Assembly (NCBI GenBank): GCA_030390025.1
Contig: CM059432.1
Span: forward strand, 129,148,001-129,212,000
DNA: 64,000 bases
DNA from: Squalus acanthias
Lineage: Eukaryota
Direction of reading: 5' to 3'
Made by a program: the position numbers and the translations under genes. The notes under the pieces were generated by a model. It made no database searches. It worked only from the letters and a program-made list of their open reading frames with translations, and was not told the DNA's origin. Shown piece by piece: positions 48,077-62,029 of the stretch. Positions within the stretch are counted from its first letter, which is position 1. Each line of letters begins with the position of its first letter.

Positions 48077-49359
48077 TATAATGCTCCTGTGAAGGGCCTT
48101 GGGACATTTTACTGCGTTAAAGGCGCAATATAAGTGCAAGTTGTTGTTGTAGTTAGTCATCTTTTACATCGCACACGCATAATAATCTGAGCTGGAAGTG
48201 CATTCTCCATGCACACGACCAAACTGGCTCAATATCACAGCTATTCCTGTCTCAGTAACCACTGGGGATCGGGGGGGGGGGGGGTGCGGGGTGGGGGGGT
48301 GCGGGGTGGGGCGGTGCTTTACCAGGATTGAGGGTGTGCCAATTGAACCATTTTAAATGAACACCTTTTATTTCGTAGTAGCTTCAGGGGGATATGGGTA
48401 AGTCATTGAAACAAAACGTTAGAACTGAGTTCTGACGACTGGTCGCTCCCAAACAGTAACCTGTCTTTTCTCTTTCAAACATTTTGGGCTGGAAATTCCG
48501 TGGGGTTTCTCCTGACCTCTTGAAGTCATGGCGGGAGATCGGAAGAACCCCAGGGAATCTCAGGCCTTTTCTGCTTTGGAAACCTGGATCTACACCAGGC
48601 TAGAAATTGCAACTGTCAATAACAGCAAAGGCTTGACACACGGTATAGCTTTCCTGTCTGATATTGTAATGGAGATATTAACCCGCTTAAAACAATTGGG
48701 CCATCTGATTGGTTTCTGACAGCTTCCAGTCCTGCCCTCCAATTGACTTAATTAATTGACAACCTCTAATCCCAGTGAGAAAAACAAAATAGATTTTTCT
48801 TCCAAAGCGTTGGCAAGCCGACACATGGGTTGAAACATTGACGTCAGCTGAAAAAGATTGTGATTAGCATGTATGTTGCCCTACTTGTCACCCTTAGTTG
48901 AAAGGTTACAGGGTAGAACATTGATTTATTTCTGTATCAGGCTATACGGTGAAGCAATCTGGAGTGGGTATAGGCCAAAAACAAAGATCAGGGCTCTGAG
49001 GCTATGGAATCTCAACTGACTGACACCGAGGTTAATTATGAACAGCAGGGTTCGATTCTAGTTCCTAATCACTGAGCACATCGTACAAGTAGGTGCACAT
49101 CACTAGGTGTATCGCACAAGTGTGAAAACTGCAGGATTGACAAGCATTCCAGGTACGAGTCAGTAACAAAATCTTGCTCGTGAGTTCAGTAAACTCAGTA
49201 TTGTGCAACTGCTGCCCCAACTTTTATGTGGTGCATCCGTGGCTGTGCTAATGTGCTACAAGGCTTATTGCTAACAGTTTTTTTTGTTGAAAGATTTGAA
49301 AGGTAACTAGTTTATATTTATGGAGTGACACTAATGGTGGTGGTTTCCATGGCGATGAG

Positions 49360-49940
49360 ATTTCAAGGTCTTTTCGTGACTGTGTATGACGCGTGTCTTC
49401 TACTTCCCAAACATGTGCTTGTTCTGCGCGTTCTGAGAATTTCTCCAGTTAAAGGAGAAAGCAAGATGGATGGCTGCTGCATATCAGTGTCTCCCTCTAG
49501 GCATGGAGGAAGTCCAGTACTTCCTTGTGCTAGTTCACTAGTTGGCCTTGCAACTCCAGGCGCCATGGGCATTGATGTAATGGCTGCTTGGCCGTGTACA
49601 CTGTCTCGACACATCTGCAGCCAATAGAGAAGGGTGGCTGCTTATTACCATTCTGAGAAGTATCTCCATCATCCATGCAAGCCCTGAAACTGGGCACAGA
49701 CTCAGGGTGGCCAGAGATCTGTGTGAAAACAGACCACTGGGCACCAATGTGATTGTTGAAGTCCTGCCTTATCGGTTTCCTGAATCTGGACAAGATGGTC
49801 TGCTGGAAAAGTGAGCCCAGGGTCTCTGGAGCCCCAGTCAAAGCATTTGTGATAGCAGTTGTGCCCGAGTTTAGGGTCTTGGCCAAGGGACTTCATTAAA
49901 GTGGGGCCTGGAGTTGTCACATTCTCCATGGTGGTCTGCA
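49360..49940 (-). pseudogene. Probable relic of a Harbinger Myb-partner last exon
   Basis: QQPSILLSPLTGEILRTRRTS resembles family A QQPSTSLAAATEVPLRRSSR. A TTGCAG acceptor-like site precedes it. Confidence 0.4.
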
Positions 49941-50059
49941 ACTTAATGAGCGCTGCACAGATGTGGGGTGATGACTAAATTGCACAGCTGTTTGGCATAC
50001 CCTGAAATGACAGTAGGAACCGTTAACGCTAAGCTACCTAAGTAGGTGTGGGTGACATT

Positions 50060-51552
50060 GGGTGCTATGGAAGGAGCGGACCTGAGCGGGATCGGATCGA
50101 GAGTTGAGCGGGGATAAAGAGTGCGGCGAGAGCGGAGCAACTCAACACAGGCAGAATTTGAAAGAGTGACGTCAGAGTAAAAAACCTAAAGTGACGTCAG
50201 CACAAGGGAAGGAGCTGATTGGTGAGTAGCTGGTGAGTGGTTTTTATAAGTTTTAAGTTTATTTCTGTTAAGTTCTGCTAAAGAGTGTGGTCGGAGAGGA
50301 GCTCTTCAAGTTAGGGGCCAGGGTTAAACAGCTGGTTAGGGATAAAGCAGGAGCTTGGAGATTAGTAACTGTTAATACTACATTAAATTAGTAACTGTTC
50401 ATAATATGTTATGTTAATAATGTGAATTAGATACAGCTTAGTCTTAAGTTTCTGTAAAGTTAGTTAATAGTCGAATAAATAAAGGCATGACAGAGCAGCT
50501 CAGTCCCGCGGAATGCGCATCCTGTGCCATTTGGGAAATCCAGGACACATCTGCGAGGCTGAGAGCTACGTGGATAGCACATTTCAGGAGGTGGTCACCC
50601 CACAGCTAAGGAGTGTGCAGGCAGCGAGAGAATGGGTGACTGCCAGACAGAAGAGGAGGACCAGGCAGGTAGTGTAGGAGACCCCTGAGTGCATCTCGCT
50701 CTCTAACCAGTATTCTGTGCTGAGTACTGGTGGTTCCTCTGGGGAGTACAGCCAGAGCTAAGTCAATGGCATCATGGGTGGCTCAGCTGTACCGGGGGGA
50801 GGAGGAGGAAGATAGGGAAAGCAATAGTGGTAGGGAATTCGATAGTTAGGGAGCAGACAGGCGTTTCTGCGGCCACAGACATGACTCCAGGATGGTATGT
50901 TGCCTCCCTGGTGCCAGGGCTAAGGATGTTACTGAGCGGCTGCAGAACATTCTGAGGGGGGAGGGTGAACAGCCAGAGGTCGTTGTCCATATCGGAACCA
51001 ACGATATAGGTAGAAAGAGGGATGAGGTCCTGCAGGCAGATTTCAGGGAACTAGGAAAGAGATTAAAAAGCAGGACCTCAAAAGGTAGTAATCTCTGGAT
51101 TACTCCCGGTGGCACACGTGAGTGAATATAGAAATAGAGGCTAGAGCAGATGAATGATTGGCTGGAGAGATGGTGCAGGAGGGAGGGCTTCAGATTCCTG
51201 GGGCATTGGGGCCGGTTCTGGGGGAAGGTGGGACCTGTACAGGCCGGATGGGTTGTACCTCAACAGAGCTGGTACCAATATCCTCGCGGGGAGGTTTGCT
51301 GGTGCTGCTGGGGAGGGTTTAAACTAAAGTTGGCAGGGGGGTGGGCACCAGGATGTAGCATTAGAAAGAAGAAACAAAGGGCACAAATGATTGGGAGAGA
51401 CGGAGAGCACTTAAGTAAGAAATAGTAAGGTGTTAGGTGGGGTCAGACTAAGAGAGAACACAGGATGGTCTAAGATAGGTTTACAGTGTACGTATGTGAA
51501 CGCACAAAGCACAGTAAACAAGGTTGGTGAGCTGCAGGCACAAATAGCCAGT
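50060..51552 (+). mobile_element. CR1 5' portion (5' UTR, decayed ORF1 esterase, start of ORF2)
   Basis: CCLPGARAKDV, HIGTND, CTYVNAQS. Two TGACGTCA sites at 50167 and 50192. Confidence 0.82.
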
Positions 51553-53049
51553 ATGGCGGTGGTGGAGGGAGTGAATGTTGACAAACTAAATAATGATTTA
51601 TTTCCTTTAACCAGAATCGAACACCCAAGTTGATGTCAAGAACATGTTTAATAGGAACATGTTTAGGAAAAAAGATTTTTTTCTACAGTTATATATTAGC
51701 AATTAGCTTTCCTTCAATGCTCTATTTAGGACTCTAATACAAAAGTAGTGAACAGATTTTAACTTTGAGCGGAAATTTCCTGGAGACTTGTACCATTGTA
51801 ATGGTGCAGCTATCCCATACATTAACTGAACAAAAATAGAGGAAATTATAGCGTAAGTGACTTACGCCATAATTTCCTGGGACTTTTGCACCACTTGGCC
51901 AATTATCATAATTATCATAGCTCCACCCCCTTTCCTACATTACAACAGTGACTACACTTCGTTGGTTTTAAATCGCTTTGGGACGTCCTGAGGTCGTGAT
52001 AGGCGCTATATAAATGCAAGCCTTTTTTCTTTTTTTAAATCAATGGCGCGCACGGATTTTCTGAATTGCTGCTACCTTTATCACAACTGCCACTTACACC
52101 GAAAAGTAATGGCGCTGATGGCCCTTGGTGACCTGGCAGCCGCGTGATTTATGGATTTGTATTAAGAAATCTAGAAATGTTTTCAACTATCATTTGTATG
52201 TGTACGTTTGGGGGAGAATATCGAAAAATGTGCAGATACTTAGCTTTTAATCCATATATAAATGTGCCATCAGTAGGGAAAGACAAAGGAAATCTCTTGT
52301 AAATACAATGATTACCAAAATAGCCCAGCTAAAAATCATCAGCTTTAATAACTAGGAAGTTCCCAAGAACTTAAACACGATAAACTGTTACTGAAATTCT
52401 AACATATCCATGCAATGTCCCAGATCTGTATCCAATTTAAAACCTGTTTGTCATTTAATCCGATACCGTCTGATATCTTCGTATTACACTATACCTCTTT
52501 CCATCTTGAATATTGAAGAAACGTTCAATTCTGACTCTGTTATGTCGGCAACAAAACATTGGTCAGTATTCATAAGCATTCTTCTCTAAGTTTTTCTGCC
52601 TTGCCTTCAAACTCGGGCAGTTTTTTTTGTGTGTTCATTACCCTGGTTATCCTTTGTTATATCCTGAACCGGTACGAGTTAATCAGGGCAGCATCATTTT
52701 AACGCGATACGATCTTTAATAAGATCGTTGTCTTCTTATCATTAACTCACCGTTGATAAAACTGAATGAATCTTATCAAGGCTACACTATGCATAAGTAC
52801 TTAATAGCTGTATCCAGAATAAGTATTGGTGCTAACCTGAATTTCTGAGGTGCCAGGCATTCAAAAGATTGTACGTATGTATGTCGGACTGCCCTTGAGT
52901 TGTACACTGTTAATCTCCAACAGTGCCATACAGTCTTTTAAAGCTGCATTTTGTCTAAGAAAATTAAATGTTTAGTATTGAAATGCACAGAGTTCACACA
53001 GCTACCATTATTTGATGTTAATTATGTGACAAGGATGAATTTGATGCAT

Positions 53050-53637
53050 CAACAACAAACAACAACTTACATTTATATCGCGCATTTGATGTAGCAAAAT
53101 GACCCAAGGTGCTGAACAAGAGCAATATCAATAAAAACATTTTTGACACCGAGCCACAGAAGGATTTATCAGGGCAGATGACCAAAAGCTTGGTCAAAGA
53201 GGTAGGTTTTAAGCAGCGTCTTAAAGGAGAGAGGGGTAGAGAGACGGAGAGGTTCAGGGAGGGAATTCCAGAGCTTAGGACCTAGGCAACCGAAAGCACA
53301 GCCGCCAATGGTGGAGCTATTAAAATTGGGGATGCGCAAGAGGCCAGAATTGGATGAGCGCAGAGATCTCGAAGGCTTGTAGGGCTGGAGGAGGTTACAG
53401 AGATAGGGAGGGGCGAGGCCATGGAGAGATTTGAAAACAAGAATGAGAATTTTAAAATTGAGGCGTTGTCAAACTGGGAGCCAGTGCAGGTCAGCGAGCA
53501 CAGGGGTAATGGGTGAGTTAAGATATGGGCAGCAGAGTTTTGGATGAGCACAGGTTTAAGTAGGATGGAAGCTGGGAGGCCGGCCAGGAGAGCATTGGAA
53601 CAGTCAAGCCTAGAGGTAAAAAAGGCGTGGATGAGGA
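53050..53637 (-). mobile_element. L2-type LINE 3' fragment
   Basis: IHAFFTSRLDCSNALLAGLP and a (CAA)n tail. Confidence 0.82.
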
Positions 53638-54496
53638 TATAGAACAGGTTATGAGAAAACAATGCCTTGGGACACTGTGATGTGTCGTGAGTCAGCATAA
53701 TAGCTGGCACAAGTTGGCGAAAATAATTTTAGCCTGGATCATCTGTGATACAAGGGTTTTCTGTATCATTTTTATATTTGGTTGATTCTTCTATTCAAAG
53801 TGTAATTTTCTTTGGTTCTGTCAGATGTTAGTGAGCAAATGTTGTCATCTCTTCACCAATTAAATCATGTTTTGCATGGGGCTGTACATGTTGTGTGGAG
53901 TCTGTGAAGTAAGGGGGACCTTGTAAAACTATATTGTTTTACATTGATTTTAGGAGACAATAATACATTTTGTGGGCGTCACCCAAATATGTGGAACTTC
54001 ACAGACTCTACGTGACCTGTGCAGCCCATACAAAATGTATAGTCCCAATAACAGTTTTCTCAAGCAACAAAAATGGCAATGTGTCCTGCAATACATTTAT
54101 GATAGTTACAGCACTTTTAGAAATAGGAGCAGGAGTAGGCCATTTGGCCCTTCGAGCCTGCTCCGCCATTCAACCAGATCATGGCTGATCTTCTACCTCA
54201 ACTCCACCTTCCCGCACTATTCCCATATCCCTTAATTCCCTTAGTTCCCAAAAATGTATCGACCTCTGTCTTGAATATACTCAACGACTGAGCCTCCACA
54301 GCCCTCTGGGGTAGAGAATTCCAAAGATTCACCACCTTCTGAATGAAGAAATTTCTCCTCATCTCAGTCCTAAATGGCTGACCCCTTATTCTGAGACTGT
54401 GACCCCGTGTTCTAGATTCCCCAGCCAGGGGAAACGTTTTCCCAGCATTAACCCTGTCAAGCCCCGTAAGAATTTTATATGTTTCAATTAGATCAC

Positions 54497-55392
54497 AACA
54501 ACAACAACTTGTATTTATATAGCACCTTTAACGTAGTAAGACGTCCCAAGGCGCTGCACAGGAGTATTTTAAGACAAAAAAATTGACACCGATCCACATA
54601 AGGATAAATTAGGGCAGGTGAAAGAGGTAGGATTTAAGGAGCGACTTAAAGGAGGAAAGAGAGGTAATGAGGCGGACAGGTTTAGGCAGGGAATTCCAGA
54701 GCTTAGGGCCGAGGCAACAGAAGGCACGGCCGCCAGAGGTTGAGTGATTATAATCAGGGATGCTCAAGAGGGCAGAATTAGAGGAGCGCAGATATCTCGG
54801 GGGGTTGTGGGACTGAAGGAGATTACAGAGATAGGGAGGGGCGAGGCCATGGAGGGATTTGAAAACAAGGATGAGAATTTTGAAATCGAGGCGCTGCTTA
54901 ACCGGGAGCCAATGTAGGTCAGCGAGCACAGGGGAGATGGGTGAACGGGACTTGGTGCGAGTTAGGACACGGGCAGCCGAGTTTTGGATGACCTCAAGTT
55001 TACGTAGGATGGAATGTGGGAGGCCAGCCAGGAGTGCGTTGGAATAGTCAAGTCCAGAGGTAACAAAGGCATTGATGAGGATTTCAGCAGCGGATGAGCT
55101 GAGGCAAGGGCGGAGACAGGCGATGTTACGGAGGTGGAATTAGGCGGTCTTTGTTATGCTGCGGATATGTGGTCTGAAGCTCATTTCAGGGTCAAATATG
55201 ACACCAAGGTTGCGAACAGTGTGGTTCAGCCTCAGACAGATGTTAAGGAGAGGGATGGAGTCAGTGGCTAGGGACCGGAGTTTGTGGCGGGGACCGAAAA
55301 CAATGGCTTCGGTTTTCCCAATATTTAATTGGAGAAAATTTCTGCTCATCCAGAACTGTATGTCGGACAAGCAGTCTGATTCTCATTCTGAC
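54497..55392 (-). mobile_element. L2-type LINE 3' fragment
   Basis: LHWLPVKQRLDFKIL and NFLQLNIGKTE. (AAC)n tail. ATCAC duplicated at 54492-54496 and 55393-55397. Confidence 0.85.
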
Positions 55393-56579
55393 ATCACCTC
55401 TCATTCTTCTAAACTCTAGGGAATATAGGCCTAGTCTACTCAATCTCTCCTCATAGGGCATTCCCCTCATCCCAGGAACCAGTCAAGTGAACCTTCGTTG
55501 CAATCCCTCAAAGGCAAGTATGTCTTTCCTCAGGTAAGGAGACCAGAATGTTACACAGTACTCCAGGTGTGGCCTCACCAATGCCCTGTATAATTGTAGT
55601 AAGACTTCTTTACTCTTATTCTCTAATCCCTTTGTAACAAAAGCTAACATACTATTTGCTTTCCTAATTGCTTGCTGTACCTGCATGTTAACTTTCTGTG
55701 ATTCATGTACAAGGGCACCCAAAATGCAAACATTTTCCAGTCTCTCACCATTCAAAGAATATTCTGCTTTTTTGTTTTTCCTACCAAAGTGGATAACTTC
55801 ACACTTCCCCACATTGTATTCAATTTGCCATGTTCTTGCCCACTCAGTCAACCTGTCTGTATCTCTCTGCAGCCTCTTTGCGTCCTCCTCACAGCTTACT
55901 TTCCCACATAACTTTGTACCATCAGCAAACTTTTATACGTTACACTGAGTCCCTTCATATAAACCATTAATATAGATTGTAAATAGCTGAGGCCCAAGCA
56001 CTGATCCTTGCGGTACCCCGCTAGTTACAGCCTGTCAACCCGAAAAAGTCCCGTTTATTCCTACTCTCTGTTTTCTGTCAATTAACCAATCCTCATTCCG
56101 TGCTAATATATTATCCCCAATCCCATGAGTCCTAATTTTGTGTAATAACCTCTTGTGTGGCACCCTATCGAATGCTTTTTTGAAAATCCAAATACACTAC
56201 ATCCACTGGTTCTCCTTTATCCATCCTACTAGTTACATCTTCAAAAAACTCTAACAGATTTGTCAAACACGATTTCCCTTTCATAAAACTGTGTTAACCA
56301 TATTACGAATTTTCTAAGTGTCCTGTTACCACGTCCCTAATAATAGATTCTAGCATTTTGCCTACGACTGATGTCAGGCTAACTGGTCTATAGTTCCCCG
56401 CTTTTTCTCATCCTCCTTTCTTAAATAGCGGGGTTATGTTTGCTACCTTCCAATCCTTGGCGACTGTTCTAGAATCTAGGAATTCTGGAAGATTAATACC
56501 AGTGAATCCACTATCTCTGCAGCTACCTCTTTTAAAACCCTAGGATGCAGATCGCCAGGTCCAGGGGATTTGTCGCCAC

Positions 56580-58064
56580 TGTAGGGGGTGGTGGTGTGTG
56601 TCAGCTTCACCTCTGACTTCGGAGCGGTTTGAATCGCTCCCACTCCCTTGGTTCTAGACCTTGGACTTATTTGGGGGTAGTGACAAAAAGTGCAGCAGAC
56701 AACTGGTTTTGATGCAAGAACTTTGATCTTTATTCAAGAGAGTAAAACACAACGCAAACACTCTCAACACTCTAAAAGTGGGGAACACTTCGGTACAAGC
56801 GAGGGAAATAACATTAGAAGAATACTTCACCCCTCCCAATCCCACTTCACTAGCTAGGTTGGACTCAGCGGACCAGGGATGATACTCACCAGAATCCTTG
56901 ACAGTTGGGCTAGTTTGTGGTTTTGGGGTTCGCTCTGTATGTTGGTTGGTGTCTGCTGTACCCCGTACGCGGTCGAGGACTTCAACTGCGTAGCTGGTCA
57001 GTCTTCGCGAGTCCGCTGATGCGGTAGGGTGCGTATTGGATCTATCAGGTGAGTACCCACTTTTCTTTGGTTTAGAAGTAGGGTTTAGAGTTTTTTAGGG
57101 AAAATCTTACCCAGGGGTAAGTCAGGAGTAGATTGTAGAGTGGAAACTTTGCGGATCTTCGGTTTTTCTCCGAGTTGGTTTTCTTGGGTTGCGGTGGGCC
57201 AATATTAGTGGTGATGTTCGGTTGGTTGTTTTCGTGAGGCCCTTGTTGCCGCGAGGTGTCCGATGGTCACTGAGGCGGTCGTTCTGGTTTCTTCCACGTG
57301 TCGGCCTACTTCGTTGAATGGTCTGGCCTTCGAGCTGTCGACCTCCTGGCTGGACACGGAACGTTGAACGGTGGTGTTTTTAGAACTGTGTTGCGGTGAA
57401 TGCCTCCGTCGATGACTTGTCCTTCTTCCTTCCTCTTCTTTTTCAGGTTGAGAACGGGCCTTCAATTATACTGATTGAAGCTTCCTTATCTGCGCGCCAA
57501 ATCAGATCCCGGTCATTGTTAGATTTTGGCGGGCTCGTTAACGGTAACTTGTTTGCTAATGTGTGAAGTGGTTTCGGGATGGCTCCATCCTGTCGATTTG
57601 CCACTTAATCGTAGTTGATTGTCCCCAAGTTTTGGGTTTCTTGACTGGGCCTGGGATTTCTATAGAGTAGGTCGAAGTGATCTGTCTTATGCATGTTTTT
57701 AATGGGCTCTGTAAATTGGGGTGGAGACTGCTTTTCCTCGGGTTTATTGTTAGGATGTTAATCTCTGATAGGGGCCGATTTAACTCCCAGTGAGGTCATG
57801 TGGTTCCCCAGACAGTTTCCATTAACTCCAATACCCAAACTGTCTTTACAGAGGTTGATCCCACCTTCCTTCACAGCCTTTTCTCCCTTACAAGTCCAGA
57901 CATGTCTTTCAAAATACCAAATCTTGGTTTTTGCTCTAAAATGTCCTTCGGTTAGGCCCAATGCATTTCACCACCCTGTAATAGTTAGGAAAAGAGTCCC
58001 AAGTCTTTTTCCTTAGGGTTTGTCTTCGAGTTTTGGGGGATCTGTGAATTTTGAGAATCTTACA
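56580..58064 (-). mobile_element. Solo LTR, 1485 bp (retrovirus or Gypsy type)
   Basis: TGTA...TACA termini. TSD CCAC at 56576-56579 and 58065-58068. Minus-strand TATAAT (57465-57470) and AATAAA (56729-56734). Interrupts a CR1. Confidence 0.8.
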
Positions 58065-58482
58065 CCACTTAGTCCCATTAGTTTCTCCAGTATTATGTCT
58101 TTACTTATATTGATTTCTTTAAGTTCCTCATTATCTCTAGACCCTTGGTTCCCTTTTATTTCCGGAATGTTTTTTGTGTCTTCTACCGTGAAGACAGATA
58201 CAAAGTATTTGTTTAATGTCTCTGCTATTTCCTTATTGCCCATTATAAATACTCCTGTTTCTGCCTCTAATGGGCCCATATTTACTTTCCCGAAGCTTTT
58301 CCTATTTACATATCTATAGAAACGTTTACAATCTGTTTTTATGTCTCTTGCTAATTTACACTAATATTCTTTTTTCTCTTTCCTTATTAATTTCTTGGTC
58401 CTCCTAAAATCCTAAAATTCTAAAATCCTCCCAATCCTCAGGCTTACTAATCTTTTTGGCAACATTATAAACCTCTTCCTTT

Positions 58483-59810
58483 ACATAAGAACATAAGAAA
58501 TAGGAGCAGGAGTAGGCCATTTGGCCCCTCGTGCCTGCTCCACCATTCGATAAGATCATGGCTGATCTGGTCTTGGTCTCATCTCCACTTTCCTGCCTGC
58601 TCCCCATAACCCTTGACTCCCTTATCGTTCAAAAATCTGTCTATCTCCACCTTAAATATATTCAATGACCCAGCCTCCATAGCTCTCTGGGGTAGAGAAT
58701 TCCAAAGATTCACGACCCTCTGAGAGAAGAAATTCCTCCTCATCTCCGTTTTAAATGGGCGACCCCTTATTCTGAAACTATGCCCCCTAGTTCTAGATTC
58801 CCCCACGAGGGGAAACATCCTCTCTGCATCTACCCTGTCAGGCTCCCTCAGAATTTTATACGTTTAAATAAGATCACCTCTCATTCTTCTAAACTCCAAT
58901 GAGTATAGTCCCAACCTGCTCAACCTTTCTTCATAAGACAACCCCTTCATCTCAGGAATTAATCTAGTGAACCTTCTCTGAACTGCCTCCAATGCAAGTA
59001 TATCCCTCCTTAAATAAGGAGACCAAAACTGTACGCAGTACTCCAGGTGTGGTCTCACCAACGCCCTTTACAGTTGTAGTAAGACTTCCCTACTTTTATA
59101 CTCCATCCCCCTTGCAATAAAGACCAACATTGCATTTGCCTTCCTAATTACTTGCTGTACCTGCATGCTAACTTTTTGTGTTTCATGTACAAGGACCCCC
59201 AGATCCCTCTGTACCGCAGCATTTTGTAGTCTCCCTCCATTTAAATAATAATTTGCTTTTTTATTTTTCCTACCAAAATGGATAACCTCACATTTTCCCA
59301 CATTATACTCCATCTGCCAAATTTTTGCCCACTCACTTAACCTATCTATATCCCTTTGCAGATTCTTTGTGTCCTCCTCACAACTTGCTTACCCACCTAT
59401 CTTTGTATCATCAGCAAATTTGGCTACATTACACTCGATCCCTTCATCCAAGTCATTAATATAGATTGTAAACAGCTGAGGCCCCAGCACTGATCCCTGT
59501 GGCACCCCACTAGTAACAGTTTGCCAACCTGAAAATTACCCATTTATCCTGACTGTCTGTTTCCTGTTAGTTAGCCAATCCTTTATCCATGCTAATATAT
59601 TACTCCCAACCCCATGAGCTCTTATCTTGTGCAGTAACCTTTTATGTGGCACCTTATCGAATGCCTTCTGGAAATCCAAATACACTATATCTACTGGTTC
59701 CCCTTTATCCACCCTGCTTGTTACATCCTCAAAGAACTCAAGCAAATTTGTCAATCATGATTTTCCCTTCATAAAATCATGTTGACTCTGCTTGACTGTA
59801 TTATGATTTT
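58483..59810 (-). mobile_element. 5'-truncated CR1 nested in a CR1
   Basis: Own tail ACATAAGAACATAAGAAATAGGAGC. RT ORF fragments across 58579-59754. Confidence 0.88.
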
Positions 59811-61094
59811 CTAATACTATCTTTAACTTCTCTTGTTAGCCACGGTTGGACCACGGTTGGACCACTTTTCCTGTAGGATTTTTGTGCCTTAAAAGAATGT
59901 ATATTTGTTTAAAATTATGTATTAATTCTTTAAATGCTAGCCATTACTTATCTACCATCATACCTTTTAATGTAGTTTCCCAATCTATCTTAGCCAACTC
60001 ACCCCTCATACCTACGTAGTTTCCTTTGTTTAGTCTTAAGACTCTAGTTTCAGATTTAACTAAACCATTTTCAAACTCACTATAAAATTCTATCATATTA
60101 TGGTCACTCTTCCCTAAAGGCCCCTTTACTACAAGGTTATTAATTAACCCTTTCTCATTGCACAATATTAGATCTAAAATAGCCTGTTCCCTAGTTGGTT
60201 TCTCAACATACTGATCTAGAAAACTATCTTGTATACTTTCCATGAACTCGTCCTCCACACTATTACAGCAAATTTGGTTTGCCCAGTCTATATGTAGATG
60301 AAAGTCCCCCATGATTACTGTATTACCCTTGTTACATGCACCTCTATTTTCCTGAGTTATACTCTGCCCTACATTACAACTACAGTTTGGGGGCCTATAA
60401 ACAACTCCCACCAATGTTTTCTGCCTCTTGTTGTTTCTTAGCTCCACCCAAACTGATTCTACTTCTTGATTTTCCAAGCTGAGATCATTTCTCTCTACTG
60501 TCTTTATCCCATCCTTTACTATCAGGGCTACCCCTCCTCCTTTTCCATCTTGCCTATCTCTTCTAAAAGTTAAGTATCCTGGAATATTTAGTTCCCAACC
60601 TTGGTTACTTTGCAACCACGATCAAACCTATTAATTTCTATCTGTGCTATTAATTCATCTATTTTGTTGCGAATGCTTCGCGCATTCAAATATAGTGTCT
60701 TTAGCTTTGACTTTTTTCTATTTTTCCTTGATGTCACCTTATTAATTGATGCCCTATTACCTTTGTTACTCTCTCTGTCCCTTCCTGACCCACTCTGCTT
60801 ATTTTTACCCAAACTCTGCTCTAGAGCCTTGACATTTCCCTTGCTGCTTTTAAATTTACTCTTTCCTGAATCCTCCTCCCCCCCCCCCCTTCATTAGTTT
60901 AAAGCCCTGTCTACTGCCCTAGTTATTCGATTCGCCAGGACACTGGTTCCAGCCTGGTTTAAGTGGAGCCCGTCCCAACGGAACAGCTCCCTCTTTCCCC
61001 AGTACTGGTGCCAGTGGCCCGTGAAGCGAATTATTGTGTGTAAATTGTCAAAGAACCATGGTACTTTATATCATGACACCAAATCCTCGCCATC

Positions 61095-61764
61095 ACGAAG
61101 ACCGTCTACTTCCACCTCCGTCATATCGCCTGCCTCCGCCCCTGTCTTCGCCCATCTGTTGCTGAAACCCTCATCCATGCTTTTGTTACCTCCAGACTCG
61201 ATTATTCCAATGCTCTCCTAGCCAGTCTCCCATCCTCCACCCTCTGTAAACTTGAGCTCATCCAAAACTCTGCTGCATGTACGCTGACTCACACCAAGTC
61301 CCATTCACTCATCACCACTATGCTCGCTGACCTACATTGGCGCCTGGTCCAGCAACACCTTGATTTTAAAATTCTCATCCTTGTGTTCAAATCCCACTGC
61401 TTTGCCCCTCCCTATCTCTGTAAACCTCCTCCAGCCCTACAACCCTCTGAGAACTCTGCGTTCCTCCAATTCTGGCCTCTTGTGCATCCCCAATTTCCTT
61501 CGCCCCTCTATTGGCGGCTGTGCCTTCAGCTGCCTAGGCCCGAAGCTTTGGAATTCCCTCCCTAAACCTCTCCCCTTCTCCACCTCTCTCTCCTCTTTTA
61601 AGACGCTCCTTAAAACCTACCTCTTTGACTAAGCTTTTGGTCACCTGCCCTAATATCTCCTTATGTGACTCAGTGTCAAATTGTGTCTGATAACGCACCT
61701 GTGAAGCACCTTGGGACGTTTTACAATGCTAAAACTGCTATATGAATGCAAGTTGTTGTTGTTG
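61095..61764 (+). mobile_element. L2-type LINE 3' fragment
   Basis: LADLHW...DFKILIL and PKLWNSLP. (GTT)n tail. Confidence 0.82.
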
Positions 61765-62029
61765 TACTTGACACAAATAATATTAGGATTGTAAAAATAA
61801 TCTATGCTATAATTAGTCTAATATAAATTTGTACAGACAGCTAATTCCACCAGATATCTATTATTTTATTGATCTAATTTGTCTAAGCCAAAATCCAGAA
61901 ATAATATAAGCATTAAATGTTATTCCTATGAGAAGAACAAAAATGCTGCCTAAGTATTTTTTTGAAGACCTAAGTCATGTCATTTGAATTATTCATGAGA
62001 ATGAGGAAAAGTTTGCACAGGTAGAAATA

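Larger units (their letters stand above)
54117..61030 (-). mobile_element. Long CR1 copy interrupted by an L2 (54497-55392), a solo LTR (56580-58064) and a second CR1 (58483 to about 59810)
   Basis: CR1 3' UTR, RT, APE (YRPP, GDFH, SDHN, YLNARS) and ORF1 end are colinear once the inserts are removed. Confidence 0.85.

Noticed and set aside
47334..48107. Pro/His-rich and Gly-rich ORFs
   Set aside because: Translations of a C-rich low-complexity repeat.
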